Assembly: GCA_965140585.1 (NCBI GenBank)
Contig: OZ223272.1
Coordinates: forward strand, 384,001-448,000
From: Spirochaetia bacterium
GTDB lineage: Bacteria; Spirochaetota; Spirochaetia; UBA9216
Length of the DNA stretch: 64,000 bases
Direction: 5' to 3'
A program made the translations under genes and the position numbers. Every line of letters begins with the position of its first letter. The first letter of the stretch is position 1. Positions 9,647 through 20,226 of this stretch are shown here, one piece after another. The notes under the pieces are model-generated. The model made no database searches. It saw only the letters and a list, made by a program, of their open reading frames with translations, and had not been told where the DNA came from.

Positions 9647-12070
9647 ATGCGCAGAATTATCCCTGTTAACAGCGGCTGGAAATTTAAAAAAGATGAGTTT
9701 CCGGATGATGCCTTTACAATAGTTGACATACCCCATACTAATCTTGAACTTCCGCTCAACTGTTTCGATGAAGAAGATTATCAGTTTAAAAGCACATATC
9801 AAAAAGAACTTGCAATACTGCCCGAATACAGGGGCAAACGCCTGTTCCTCGATTTTGAGGGAGTTATGCTCACTGCTGAAGTTTTTATAAACGGAACTCA
9901 GGCGGGTGAACACAGGGGCGGATTCACTCCTTTCTCTGTTGAAATTACCGATCTTGTAGAATACGGAAAGGACAACATACTCATAGTAAAAACAGATGCG
10001 TCTGAAAATAAGGATATCCCCCCATTCGGCAAGGTCGTTGACTATCTGACATTCGGAGGCATTTACCGTGAAGTATTCCTTCGCGTTAACGAGTGCATCT
10101 ATGTTGAAGACACCTTTATCGTTACAGACCGTTTACTCGAGGAGACAAAGGATATCGCTGTAGAGCTGACAACACACAGCCTCAGAGCAGGAGATAATTT
10201 CGCTGTCAGCATTGTGGTTTTCCGCCGGGATGATCCCGCTGATGTTAAAATTACAAGAAAAACCATTCTGAAAGATGTTAAAGCCGGTCGAAACGTTCAC
10301 TATATACGGCTTGATGATATTGCCGGTATCGAATTATGGGATATTAAAAACCCTGTACTTTATAATTTTGAGATAATTTTGTCAGAGAATGATGCTGTGA
10401 TGGATGAAGTCCAGATCACTACCGGATTCAGACATGCGGTGTTCCGCCCGGACGGTTTCTATCTCAACGGACGCTTCCTCAGAATCAGGGGGCTGAACAG
10501 ACATCAGTCTTTTCCTTACGCAGGCTATGCAATGCCGGAACGGGTACAGAAGCAGGATGCCGATATACTGAAATATGAAATGGGTTTGAATCTTGTCCGA
10601 ACCTCTCACTATCCTCAATCCAGGCATTTTCACGATCGCTGCGATGAGATAGGACTGCTGGTCTTTGAAGAATTGCCTGGCTGGCAGTATATTGGCGGTG
10701 AAGTCTGGAAAGAAAACGCGGTAAACAGCCTGAAAGAGATGATTATCCGAGACAGGAACAGACCATCGGTTATCATCTGGGGAGTCAGAATCAATGAGTC
10801 GCAGGATGATCACGATTTTTACACCCGGACAAACAGCCTGGCAAGGGAACTTGACCCGACAAGACAGACCGGCGGTGTGAGATACATTGAAAACAGCGAG
10901 CTGCTGGAAGACGTGTATACCATGAACGATTTCGTCCACAGCGGAAATATCGATCCTGAGAAGATCCTGAGAACTCCCGAAAAAGTTACCAAACTCAAAA
11001 AGGGCGGAAAATGTCCTGTCCCCTATCTGGTCACTGAATACAACGGCCACATGTATCCAACCAAACGCTTTGACAATGAGGAACGTACAAGAGAGCACGC
11101 ACTGAGGCATCTGAGGGTAATCGACAGGGTTGGACTTGATAAGAGCATAAGCGGAACAATTGGCTGGTGCGCCTTTGATTATAATACCCACAGAGAATTC
11201 GGAAGCGGCGACAGAATATGCTATCACGGTGTTTCCGACATGTTCAGAATTCCGAAGACTGCTGCTGCAGTTTACTCAAGCCAGAAGGATCCATCGGAGG
11301 GGATTGTACTTGAACCGGCTACATTGTTTGCAAAAGGCGAACGAAGCGCGGCAAGTCTGCTTCCCATTGAGGTATATACAAACTGTGATTTTATTAAACT
11401 TTACAGAAACGGAAATGAAATAGGAAACTTCTATCCTGCCAGGGATGAGTTTCCCGGAATTGATCATCCGCCGATAATCATTAAAGACTTTGTAGGCAAG
11501 CAGCTTGATAATTCAGATTTTTCAGAAAAAGATGTTGCCTTGATCAGAAAAATGATCAGTTATGTAATGCTCAACGGAGAGGAGGCTCTAAAACCTTCCC
11601 ACATGCTGAAGCTCGGCATATTCATGAAGAAATACAATCTTAAATATGAAGATATTGTTTCACTCTTTCTTAAGTTCAGTGCAGGATGGGGAGACAGCGA
11701 AGACGTATTCGAGATTGCAGGATATGTAAAGCAGGAAGAGGTTGTCCGCAGACGCTTCGGTTCCGGAAGCCTCCATCAGCTTTATATCAAAGCCGATTCA
11801 GACACCCTTGAGTCAAACCGCTCAAGCTGGGATGCAGTCAGGCTTGAGTTCCGGCTGCTCGATCAGTTCGAAAACATACTGCCCTTCTGTTCAGACTACC
11901 TGAAGTTAGAGATATCCGGACCTGCAGAGATAATCGGCCCGAAACTCACATCATTTACCGGCGGAGTTGCCGCTGCATGGATAAGGACAACAGGCAGCCC
12001 CGGAACCGTCACCGTTAAAGCTGAATGTTCAAGGATGACATCGGAAGAGATTACAATAACCGTTTTGTAG
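9647..12070 (+). CDS. Glycoside hydrolase family 2 (beta-galactosidase-like)
   Basis: FEGV, GGIYREV, GLNRHQ, RTSHYP, WGVRINES (acid/base Glu) and VTEYNGH (nucleophile); GGAGG at 9638-9642. Confidence 0.92.
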   Translation: MRRIIPVNSGWKFKKDEFPDDAFTIVDIPHTNLELPLNCFDEEDYQFKSTYQKELAILPEYRGKRLFLDFEGVMLTAEVFINGTQAGEHRGGFTPFSVEITDLVEYGKDNILIVKTDASENKDIPPFGKVVDYLTFGGIYREVFLRVNECIYVEDTFIVTDRLLEETKDIAVELTTHSLRAGDNFAVSIVVFRRDDPADVKITRKTILKDVKAGRNVHYIRLDDIAGIELWDIKNPVLYNFEIILSENDAVMDEVQITTGFRHAVFRPDGFYLNGRFLRIRGLNRHQSFPYAGYAMPERVQKQDADILKYEMGLNLVRTSHYPQSRHFHDRCDEIGLLVFEELPGWQYIGGEVWKENAVNSLKEMIIRDRNRPSVIIWGVRINESQDDHDFYTRTNSLARELDPTRQTGGVRYIENSELLEDVYTMNDFVHSGNIDPEKILRTPEKVTKLKKGGKCPVPYLVTEYNGHMYPTKRFDNEERTREHALRHLRVIDRVGLDKSISGTIGWCAFDYNTHREFGSGDRICYHGVSDMFRIPKTAAAVYSSQKDPSEGIVLEPATLFAKGERSAASLLPIEVYTNCDFIKLYRNGNEIGNFYPARDEFPGIDHPPIIIKDFVGKQLDNSDFSEKDVALIRKMISYVMLNGEEALKPSHMLKLGIFMKKYNLKYEDIVSLFLKFSAGWGDSEDVFEIAGYVKQEEVVRRRFGSGSLHQLYIKADSDTLESNRSSWDAVRLEFRLLDQFENILPFCSDYLKLEISGPAEIIGPKLTSFTGGVAAAWIRTTGSPGTVTVKAECSRMTSEEITITVL

Positions 12071-12089
12071 CCGACCTTATGATGAAGAA

Positions 12090-13583
12090 TCAGGCTTCTG
12101 AATAGAAATCCTCAAGATCCTTATAAAATTCCAGCCTGCTGTCTGTTCTGGCATAGAACATATGCCCTCCGCTGTAATGTTTTACGGTAAGATTTTTCTT
12201 CAGGTCTTCGGGCAGATTCATCTGCGCCGTAATACGATCGGTCGCAAAATATGGAGTGACCAGATCGAAAGTACCATGAGTAATAAAGACCTTCATACCG
12301 GTATTCAGGCTGATCCCGTACCTTAGCTCATCAGCCGAACCTACCCGGCGCTCAAGGGCATGCTGCTTGGTATCAACATCCCAGCTTTCATTAACTTTCA
12401 TGCTCAGAAGCTCGTAGTCACGTTCGGTATCGAGACCGATTTCCTTGCGCAGCTGAGTATTAATACCGGCCGCAAAAACACGGTCGAGCATGTTCAGCGT
12501 CGGCTCCGGCCCCTCATACCCATCCTTTTCGGGCGTCGGGTCATCAACAGCAAGGCTGCTGTCATAAAGCCCAAGTATTTTCCGCTCGTTTCTAAGCAGA
12601 TTCCTGGCAAAGAAATCAAAACCAAGGCGTCCCCGGTTTCTTTCAAGTACTTCTGCCTGGATTCCGGTATATCGTGCAGCCTCGGCAATTATTTTTCTTC
12701 TTCTGGGAGCCGGAATCATGTCGCCTGAGACAAGATATGGCAGAAGCTCTGTAATGACAAAAGACTCAGCCTTTTTTCTGACGGCTCCAAGACTGTCCTG
12801 CTTTCCCATTTTTGCGGATTTTCCATGAGATGCGGCTGCTCCGGCCATAACCGGAAAGGTATCCACCCAGTGTAGAGCATCGTATGAAGACCCGCTGAGC
12901 AAATTAAACTCCAGAGCCGGTGAGATAAGAACAGCCCCCCTGATTCCAACACCGTAATCCTGCTGCAGCATTTTTACGAGCCTGGCTACCCGGAAACCTC
13001 CATAGCTTTCTCCTGCCAGATAAACAGGACTGTCCCATCTGCTGTATTTTGAAAGGTATTTTCTTACGAATTCACAAAGCGATTCAAGGTCTCGTACAAC
13101 TTTCCAGTATTCGTCCTTTTCTTCACCGCCGGGAAATTTTTCTCCGTTTTTAGCTGATTCAGCACCATCCTTCTCGATCAGACGGCTGAAGCCGGTTCCT
13201 ATCGGGTCGATGAAAACAAGATCGGTAAAATTCAGCCAGGTTTCCTCATTATCAGACAGTTTATAAGGGGGAGCCGCCGGAATTCCGTTATCCTGCAGCT
13301 CAACCCGTTTCGGACCTGCAGCTCCCATATGAAGATACACTGAGGAGGCTCCCGGACCGCCATTAAAAACAAAGGTCACAGGCCTGTCAGAAGTATCCTC
13401 TGCAACCTTGGAATAACGGACAAAGAACATCTCTGCACGTGGTTTTTCATCCTTTCGCAGTATTATCCAGTCCGCTTCAGCTTCATAGTCATAGCCGCCT
13501 GCAGATGTATTAATATTTTTAAGTATCCTGGCTCCTTTGAGCTGTGAATTTTTAACGTTGTTTTCTTTTGATTCTTCCTGCAA
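12090..13583 (-). CDS. Serine carboxypeptidase (peptidase S10)
   Basis: FNGGPGASS, DPIGTGFS, GESYGG (Ser), HGTFDLVTPY (Asp) and GGHMFY (His); TTG start with AGGAG. Confidence 0.9.
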   Translation of the reverse strand: MQEESKENNVKNSQLKGARILKNINTSAGGYDYEAEADWIILRKDEKPRAEMFFVRYSKVAEDTSDRPVTFVFNGGPGASSVYLHMGAAGPKRVELQDNGIPAAPPYKLSDNEETWLNFTDLVFIDPIGTGFSRLIEKDGAESAKNGEKFPGGEEKDEYWKVVRDLESLCEFVRKYLSKYSRWDSPVYLAGESYGGFRVARLVKMLQQDYGVGIRGAVLISPALEFNLLSGSSYDALHWVDTFPVMAGAAASHGKSAKMGKQDSLGAVRKKAESFVITELLPYLVSGDMIPAPRRRKIIAEAARYTGIQAEVLERNRGRLGFDFFARNLLRNERKILGLYDSSLAVDDPTPEKDGYEGPEPTLNMLDRVFAAGINTQLRKEIGLDTERDYELLSMKVNESWDVDTKQHALERRVGSADELRYGISLNTGMKVFITHGTFDLVTPYFATDRITAQMNLPEDLKKNLTVKHYSGGHMFYARTDSRLEFYKDLEDFYSEA

Positions 13584-13627
13584 AATTCTCTCCTAAAGTC
13601 GTTCCGCCGAAACAGCAGAATTTATTT

Positions 13628-14272
13628 TCAACCGGCAAGTCCCGGAAGGAGGCCTTTAAGCCCGTTTGTAAAGATTATGAATGCAAGGCTGATGAGTATA
13701 ATTCCGCCTATTCTTGTAACAACAGCACCGCTGCTTCCATGCATCCGAGCAGAAAGCGGGCTGGAGAAAAAGTAGGTGGCAAAAATGATTATACCATGAA
13801 TGATAATTACAACAGACATGGCCAGCCTGTCGGCGATGCTGACAACCATTCGGGCATGGGTTACAACCATGGAGATACTTCCCGCTCCCATTGTAAGCGG
13901 AAAAACAAGCGGTGAAATCACCAGAGTTTCCCAGCCCTCATCAGGGTTATCGTCAGTCTTAACCCTTTTTCTCGGGGAGCGCCCCTCCATGATCATCGGA
14001 AGCGATGTAAGAATAAGGATTAGTCCGCCTCCCGCGGCAAGGGCGTCCACGGAAATTCCCATGGCCTTAAGCAGAGCTTCACCCGCCCATGCAGTTACGA
14101 CAAGGAAAATGGCTGAATACAGCGCAATCCGGAAGGCCATCTTCTTCTGAATGCGCCGTGACATGCTTCCGGTAAGAGTCACATAAGGACCGATACATGC
14201 CATCGGACTGAAGATGGCAAACAGTGCAACCTGAAAAAGAGCGAGGTCGCGGATACTGAAACTTAATTCCAT
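13628..14272 (-). CDS. MarC family membrane protein
   Basis: Six hydrophobic segments; LFAIFSP, AGGGLIL, SPLVFPLTMGAGSI and TRIGGII. Confidence 0.88.
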   Translation of the reverse strand: MELSFSIRDLALFQVALFAIFSPMACIGPYVTLTGSMSRRIQKKMAFRIALYSAIFLVVTAWAGEALLKAMGISVDALAAGGGLILILTSLPMIMEGRSPRKRVKTDDNPDEGWETLVISPLVFPLTMGAGSISMVVTHARMVVSIADRLAMSVVIIIHGIIIFATYFFSSPLSARMHGSSGAVVTRIGGIILISLAFIIFTNGLKGLLPGLAG

Positions 14273-14389
14273 AGCCCGAATTATAATGCGTATTGTCTGG
14301 ACATTAAAGTGGTTTTTTGATATTCTCTTCCATACTTATCATATGGTGTTGTGCCTTTGGCGCGGCTCAGTTGAACAAGTAAGAAATAT

Positions 14390-14461
14390 GGCGCCGTACC
14401 CAAGTGGTAAGGGAGAGGTCTGCAAAACCTTGATGCAGCGGTTCGAATCCGCTCGGCGCCT
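14390..14461 (+). tRNA. tRNA-Cys (GCA), CCA not encoded
   Basis: Acceptor GGCGCCG/CGGCGCC plus U73; D-arm CCC-AAGTGGTAA-GGG; anticodon arm GAGGT-CTGCAAA-ACCTT; T-arm AGCGG-TTCGAAT-CCGCT. Confidence 0.97.
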
Positions 14462-14470
14462 CTAATATTC

Positions 14471-14507
14471 AAAAAATGGTCAGAAGTAACTTCTGACCAT
14501 TTTTTTT
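14471..14507 (+). terminator. Rho-independent terminator after tRNA-Cys (symmetric, potentially bidirectional)
   Basis: AAAAAATGGTCAGAAG-TAA-CTTCTGACCATTTTTTT perfect inverted repeat with A and T tracts. Confidence 0.88.
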
Positions 14508-14597
14508 CATCATTCGGCATTATAGGCAGTGTCTTTTTAATCATTGTTTTACAATTGATCTCTTGATTATTTTTCAAAATATAAATACCTTTAAATT

Positions 14598-15005
14598 ATG
14601 TTTAGCGAAGATTCTGACTGGAAAACTTTTTATAACGAAGCGAAAGGCTATCACAAAACCTTAAACGGCTGCCTTAAGCGCCCCAAAGTGTTTATTCCCG
14701 TGATTGTATCCAACATAGCGGCTATGTGCATCGAGAAGTATTTCATGGCAGCCTTCATGTACAGGGGCGTTCTGCCGGCAAACCATACCATGGCAGATTT
14801 TATTGAAACTGCAGCAGAAGTGAAGGAACTTTCTCCCGAACTTGTTGAAATTATGGAATACATGGATTCTATTCAGATGATCTGTTCATTTTTCAACGTA
14901 AAAACAGTTGAGCCGGAAGAAAAGGACATTCCCCGTTTTATCAAGGCTGCCGATATGGTTGCGGAATACGTTGACGGAATTATAGGTTCTGCGGTTCCTG
15001 TGTAG
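14598..15005 (+). CDS. Small HEPN-like protein
   Basis: Helical 135-aa protein with a HEPN-type AMCIEKYFMA...NHT pattern. Confidence 0.55.
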   Translation: MFSEDSDWKTFYNEAKGYHKTLNGCLKRPKVFIPVIVSNIAAMCIEKYFMAAFMYRGVLPANHTMADFIETAAEVKELSPELVEIMEYMDSIQMICSFFNVKTVEPEEKDIPRFIKAADMVAEYVDGIIGSAVPV

Positions 15006-15010
15006 AAAGC

Positions 15011-16513
15011 TCAGACATCCATAGTTGCGGCTGTAAGAATTATCTCCTTTGTGGCCTCTTCTCTTTTCAGCTCCTTTGCTATCCGGCCTCCGGCCAGAAC
15101 AAGGATACGGTCCGACATCCCCAGAATTTCTTCAATCTCCGATGAGATAAAGATGATGGCAGCTCCCTTCGAAACTATTTCATTCATGACGTTATAAATA
15201 TCCACCTTTGAAGCTGCATCAACTCCGCGGGTAGGTTCATCCATGATGTAAATCGGGGAGCGGTTCATAAGCCACTTTCCAAGCATTACCTTCTGCTGAT
15301 TGCCTCCCGAATAATCGCCAATCAGATCATTCTGCTTTCCCGGTTTAATTTTCAGAATCTCAACATATTCATGGGTCAGCTGGCTCATAAAAAGCTTGTT
15401 CAGAAACAGCCTGTTTACAAAGCGCCTCAGGGTTGCGCTGGTCATATTACGCTGCAGATCATGCTTTGAAAAAATGCCGTTCTTTATCCGGTCTTCGGGA
15501 ATCAGTGAAATACCACAGGACATAGCCGCCTGCGGATGAGAAAAGTTCACAATACCGCCGCCAATTTTAATTTCCCCGCTGGTAGGCTGAACAGCACCGA
15601 AGAGGCAGTTTGCAAGCAGAGTCCGTCCCGATCCCATAAGCCCGGTCACCCCCAGGATTTCTCCCTGACGCAGATCAAAGTTAACACCTTTGAGAATCGG
15701 TTCAAACACAAGATCGGTTACAGAGAGGACTATTCTTCCCCTGGGACCGGAGATCTTCGGATACTTTTCCTGATGAACATCACCGGACATCATATTAATC
15801 AGACTTTCATTACGAACAGAATCACAGTCCGAAGTTGCAATTACCCGGCCACGGTGCATAACCGATACCCGATCTCCCACCTCTGCTATCTCATCAAGCC
15901 GGTGCGAGATGTAAAAGATTCCCTTGTTCATGGACTTCAGCTTACGGACAATATTAAAAAGGACTTCTCTTTCAGGCTGTGAAAGAGCGGAAGAGGGTTC
16001 ATCAAAGATGATTATATCAGCATCCGAAATATAACTCTTTACAACAAAAACCATCTGCCGTTCCGCGTATCCGAGTTTAAAGAACTTCTCCATCGGATCT
16101 ATAGAAAGGCCAAGCTCCCTGAAGACTTCACCGCATTTGAAAATCAGCTCATTTACATTAAAAATTCCCAGGCCCCTGCTTACCTTCGGAAGATCACCCA
16201 TAAAAAGGTTCTCGGCAACACTGAGATTTTCGAAATACTGAACTTCCTGATGGAGGTAGTAAATTCCCAGCTTCCGGGCATCCCTGATATCCCTGAAGAA
16301 AACCGGAGACCCGCTGATTTTGATTTCACCGCTGTCATGCGGAAACCATCCCGCAATCAGCTTCATCATCGTTGATTTACCGGAGCCGTTTTCTCCGACA
16401 AGTACGTGCACTTCTCCGCGGTACAGATCTATATCAATATTCTGAAGGTTGAACCCGTTGAATTCCTTTGAGATATTCTTCAGCTCAAGCAGCGGAGAAG
16501 ATTTTATATTCAT
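15011..16513 (-). CDS. CUT2-type sugar ABC ATP-binding protein (two ABC domains, no adjacent permease)
   Basis: Walker [39 protein letters not shown] and DEPTRGVD. Confidence 0.9.
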   Translation of the reverse strand: MNIKSSPLLELKNISKEFNGFNLQNIDIDLYRGEVHVLVGENGSGKSTMMKLIAGWFPHDSGEIKISGSPVFFRDIRDARKLGIYYLHQEVQYFENLSVAENLFMGDLPKVSRGLGIFNVNELIFKCGEVFRELGLSIDPMEKFFKLGYAERQMVFVVKSYISDADIIIFDEPSSALSQPEREVLFNIVRKLKSMNKGIFYISHRLDEIAEVGDRVSVMHRGRVIATSDCDSVRNESLINMMSGDVHQEKYPKISGPRGRIVLSVTDLVFEPILKGVNFDLRQGEILGVTGLMGSGRTLLANCLFGAVQPTSGEIKIGGGIVNFSHPQAAMSCGISLIPEDRIKNGIFSKHDLQRNMTSATLRRFVNRLFLNKLFMSQLTHEYVEILKIKPGKQNDLIGDYSGGNQQKVMLGKWLMNRSPIYIMDEPTRGVDAASKVDIYNVMNEIVSKGAAIIFISSEIEEILGMSDRILVLAGGRIAKELKREEATKEIILTAATMDV

Positions 16514-17298
16514 TCGCAGCCTTCAAACGCCTCCATGGAAGTGTACATCGGAACTCCCGATGAAAATATCTGCGACTTGAAAGAATCTTCAAGATCCGGA
16601 TCTGAAACAAGCCCCTGGGCTATTCGGATATCTCCAAGTCTGAAAAACGCATTATGCGAGAAGCGTCCGGATGGACATACAATTATTGAATTGCCGGCCA
16701 TAGCTTTGGCTTCAAGGATAAAATCAGCCTTCTCCTGACTGCTCACAGACATGTGCATGTCGCTGCTTATACCGTCAACCTCTATAAAAAGCCTGTTAAC
16801 AAAAAACTTGTTGAGGTTGGAAATGGTCATCGAACCGAAAACGGCAAACTCCTCCTGATCAAGTGTCCCTCCCAGCAGTACAACCTTATTCTGCTGCTGC
16901 CCGGTAAGCAGGGCGGCGCAAGCAACATCATTGGTTAGAATTGTGAGGTTTGAGCGTTCATTCAGTCTTGAAGCAATACAACGGTTCACTTCACCATTTG
17001 TGAGCATTATCACATCACCATCGGCAATCATGCGCATTGCGATTGCAACAATTTCATCGTGAGTTTCGGATGCAGTACTTTTGGAAAGTATCTGGTTGAG
17101 ACTGGTGTCCGAATCGGGCCGGTTAATAACCGCCCCGCCGTGGGTTCTTGTAAGCCAGCCTTCGGCTTCAAGCCGTTCAAGATCACGCCTTACTGTTACT
17201 TCAGACACTCCAAGCAGGCTGCTTAGAGTCTGGACCTGAGCCTGTCCGTGTTCCTCAAGATGCATTTTAATAAGTCTAGTTCTTTCAATTGCGTACAC
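16510..17298 (-). CDS. DeoR/GlpR family transcriptional regulator
   Basis: HTH VSEVTVRRDL...RTHGGA plus a DeoR C-terminal sensor domain; GTG start; 4-bp overlap with the ATPase gene. Confidence 0.92.
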   Translation of the reverse strand: MYAIERTRLIKMHLEEHGQAQVQTLSSLLGVSEVTVRRDLERLEAEGWLTRTHGGAVINRPDSDTSLNQILSKSTASETHDEIVAIAMRMIADGDVIMLTNGEVNRCIASRLNERSNLTILTNDVACAALLTGQQQNKVVLLGGTLDQEEFAVFGSMTISNLNKFFVNRLFIEVDGISSDMHMSVSSQEKADFILEAKAMAGNSIIVCPSGRFSHNAFFRLGDIRIAQGLVSDPDLEDSFKSQIFSSGVPMYTSMEAFEGCE

Positions 17299-17367
17299 TT
17301 AAGCTCTCCAGTACCGGAATATTCTATCATGGAATCATATTCGCGCAAAATAATATACAGATTTTTC

Positions 17368-17425
17368 TTGACAGATAAAAAAACCGGTCCTATGATTTAA
17401 TCATATTCGTAACCAAACGATTACG
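17368..17425 (+). promoter_or_regulatory. Sigma70-type promoter for chvE with overlapping putative operator
   Basis: TTGACA (17368-73), 17-bp spacer, TATGAT (17391-96); palindrome TATGATT-T-AATCATA (17391-17405); AATCATATTCG repeated at 17333 and 17399; CGTAA-N8-TTACG from 17408. Confidence 0.72.
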
Positions 17426-17481
17426 TTTTTATTACATTACAGACCGTTTGGTTGCTGAAATTATACCATTTGGAGGAAAAA

Positions 17482-18558
17482 ATGAAAAGGATTGTAACTA
17501 TCCTGACAGCAGCTCTTGTTTTGCTGACAGCAGTTATGCCGGTGTTTGCAGGAGGAGAACAGGAGAGCAAACAGCAAATCGTAGGTGTGGCAATGCCGAC
17601 ACAGTCATCACAGAGATGGATCCAGGACGGCGGATACATGAAAGAAATCCTGGAGGAAAGAGGCTACAAGGTAGACCTGCAGTACGCCGAGGATAATATC
17701 GATGCACAGGTAAACCAGATTGAGAACATGATAGTTAAAGGTGCCGACTGCCTGGTTATTGCCGCCATCGACGGTGCCGCTCTGTTCAATGTTCTTGAGC
17801 AGGCAGCAAAGAATGACGTAAAAGTTATTTCCTATGACAGACTTATCGTAAACTCACCCCACGTAAGCTACTACGCAACATTTGACAACTTCAAAGTAGG
17901 TGTTCTTCAGGGAGGATATATTGTAGACGCTCTGAACCTGAAATCCGGTGCAGGCCCATTCAATATTGAGCTTTTTGCGGGTTCTCCTGACGATACAAAC
18001 GCATATTACTTCTTTGACGGCGCAATGAGCCAGCTTCAGCCCTACATTGACAAGGGTCAGCTTAAAGTTGTTTCAGGCCAGACAAACTTCGACCAGGTTG
18101 CAACACTCAGATGGGACGGAATTGTCGCACAGCAGAGAATGGATAACCTGCTTGCCGCTTTTTACACAGATAAAAACGTTGATGCAGTTCTTTCTCCGTA
18201 TGACGGTCTGTCAATCGGTATCCTTTCAGCTCTTAAGTCCGTTGGATACGGAAAAACAAAAGATCTTCCTATTGTAACAGGACAGGACGCTGAAATCCCT
18301 TCAGTAAAATCAATACTCGCCGGAGAGCAGGCTTCAACAGTATTCAAGGACACAAGAACTCTCGCAAAACGCGCTTCAGATATGGTTGATGCTGTGCTGC
18401 AGGGAAAAGAACCTGAAATCAACGACAGAAAAACCTACGACAACGGAACCGGTATAGTTCCATCATTCCTTGAAACTCCGGTTTCTGTAGACATCAGCAA
18501 CTGGGAAGCAGCACTGATCGACACAGGCTACTATACCAAGGCAGATCTGGGGATGTGA
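17482..18558 (+). CDS. chvE: Multiple-monosaccharide ABC transporter substrate-binding protein
   Basis: [56 protein letters not shown] and VFKDTR; signal peptide; GGAGG RBS. Confidence 0.93.
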   Translation: MKRIVTILTAALVLLTAVMPVFAGGEQESKQQIVGVAMPTQSSQRWIQDGGYMKEILEERGYKVDLQYAEDNIDAQVNQIENMIVKGADCLVIAAIDGAALFNVLEQAAKNDVKVISYDRLIVNSPHVSYYATFDNFKVGVLQGGYIVDALNLKSGAGPFNIELFAGSPDDTNAYYFFDGAMSQLQPYIDKGQLKVVSGQTNFDQVATLRWDGIVAQQRMDNLLAAFYTDKNVDAVLSPYDGLSIGILSALKSVGYGKTKDLPIVTGQDAEIPSVKSILAGEQASTVFKDTRTLAKRASDMVDAVLQGKEPEINDRKTYDNGTGIVPSFLETPVSVDISNWEAALIDTGYYTKADLGM

Positions 18559-18611
18559 TTTTTCTTGAGTTTGATGTTTGGAGATTTTATAATTCAATAG
18601 AATGACAGTAT

Positions 18612-18639
18612 ATATCGCCGGTCATAAAGCCGGCGATAT
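18612..18639 (+). other. Intergenic stem-loop between chvE and gguA (likely mRNA stabiliser or attenuator)
   Basis: ATATCGCCGG-N8-CCGGCGATAT with no U-tract. Confidence 0.6.
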
Positions 18640-18672
18640 CCATCTGTACAGATCGGGAGAATCATAGGAACA

Positions 18673-20226
18673 ATGGCAAATACCATTCTGGAAATGCGCA
18701 ACATAACAAAAAAATTCTCAGGGGTAACTGCTCTTAATAATGTCGGACTTACAGTTATGGATGATGAAATCCATGCCCTGGTTGGAGAAAACGGTGCGGG
18801 TAAATCAACCCTGATGAAGGTACTTTCCGGAGTTCACCCGCATGGAAGTTATGAAGGCGAAATACTGCTTGAAGGCAGTGAATGCACTTTTAAGAATATT
18901 AAGGACAGTGAAAAACTGGGAATAGTTATTATTCATCAGGAACTGGCCCTTATACCATACCTGTCAATCGCTGAGAACATCTTCCTCGGGAACGAGGTGA
19001 ACAATGCCGGTGTTATCGATTGGAATCACACTATAAGCAAGGCGGCTGCCCTGCTAAGAAAAGTTGGACTGGATGAAAATCCTACCACTCTGATCGGGAA
19101 CATCGGAGTTGGAAAACAGCAGCTTGTTGAAATAGCGAAGGCTCTTTCCAAAGATGTAAAGCTGCTTATTCTTGATGAACCTACAGCAGCCCTGAACGAC
19201 GAGGAATCACAGAAACTTCTGAAACTGTTAATCGACTTAAAATCCCATGGGGTTACATCCATCCTGATAAGCCACAAGCTTAATGAGGTGGAACAGATTG
19301 CAGATCAGATTACCGTGATACGCGATGGAAAAGTTATCGAAACCCTGAACAGAAAAGAACACGACTTTAACGAGGACAGGATAATCAAAAGCATGGTCGG
19401 CCGGGAGATTACCGACCGCTGGCCTGAACGCAGCAATACAATCGGAGATGAAGTATTCAAGGTTGAAGACTGGACGGTATATCACCCTCAGCAGGAGGGC
19501 AGAAAAGTAGTCAACGCTGTATCATTCAACATCAAAGCCGGTGAGGTTGTCGGATTTGCCGGACTCATGGGAGCAGGAAGAACCGAAATAGCAATGAGCC
19601 TGTTCGGTAAATCATACGGACAGAAACACTCCGGAAGGATATTCAAGCAGGGCAGAGAAATAAGACTGAACACCGTCAATGAGTCTATAGACCAGGGGGT
19701 GGTTTACCTGACTGAAGACCGTAAGAATTATGGTCTTGTGCTGATTAACGATATAAAAACAAATATCTGCCTAGCAAATTTGAAACGGATCTCCCAGAAC
19801 GGAGTTCTGAATCTCAACGAGGAAATCGTTCAGTCGGACGATTACCGAAAAAAACTTGCCCTCCGCTGTACCGGCCTGGAACAGACTGTCGAGAGTCTTT
19901 CGGGAGGTAACCAGCAGAAGGTTGTACTGAGCAAGTGGCTTATGGCTCAGCCTGATGTACTTATGCTTGATGAACCGACAAGGGGCATCGATGTTGGAGC
20001 AAAATATGAAATCTACACTATCATCAATAAACTTGCCTCGGAAGGCAAATCAATACTCATGATAAGTTCCGAGCTTCCGGAGCTTCTGGGTATGTGCGAC
20101 AGAATCTATGTAATCAACGAAGGAGAGGTGGCTGACTGCATAGACAGGGAGAACGCTTCACAGGAGAGCATAATGAAGGCAATTATGGCTCACCAGAAAA
20201 TGAAAAGAAAAGGGGGAAATATTTAA
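18673..20226 (+). CDS. gguA: Multiple-monosaccharide ABC transporter ATP-binding protein (GguA/MmsA)
   Basis: [50 protein letters not shown] and [12 protein letters not shown]. Confidence 0.92.
   Translation: MANTILEMRNITKKFSGVTALNNVGLTVMDDEIHALVGENGAGKSTLMKVLSGVHPHGSYEGEILLEGSECTFKNIKDSEKLGIVIIHQELALIPYLSIAENIFLGNEVNNAGVIDWNHTISKAAALLRKVGLDENPTTLIGNIGVGKQQLVEIAKALSKDVKLLILDEPTAALNDEESQKLLKLLIDLKSHGVTSILISHKLNEVEQIADQITVIRDGKVIETLNRKEHDFNEDRIIKSMVGREITDRWPERSNTIGDEVFKVEDWTVYHPQQEGRKVVNAVSFNIKAGEVVGFAGLMGAGRTEIAMSLFGKSYGQKHSGRIFKQGREIRLNTVNESIDQGVVYLTEDRKNYGLVLINDIKTNICLANLKRISQNGVLNLNEEIVQSDDYRKKLALRCTGLEQTVESLSGGNQQKVVLSKWLMAQPDVLMLDEPTRGIDVGAKYEIYTIINKLASEGKSILMISSELPELLGMCDRIYVINEGEVADCIDRENASQESIMKAIMAHQKMKRKGGNI

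Noticed and set aside
14281-14577. 98-aa minus-strand ORF
   Set aside because: It is antisense to tRNA-Cys and its terminator, so it is spurious.
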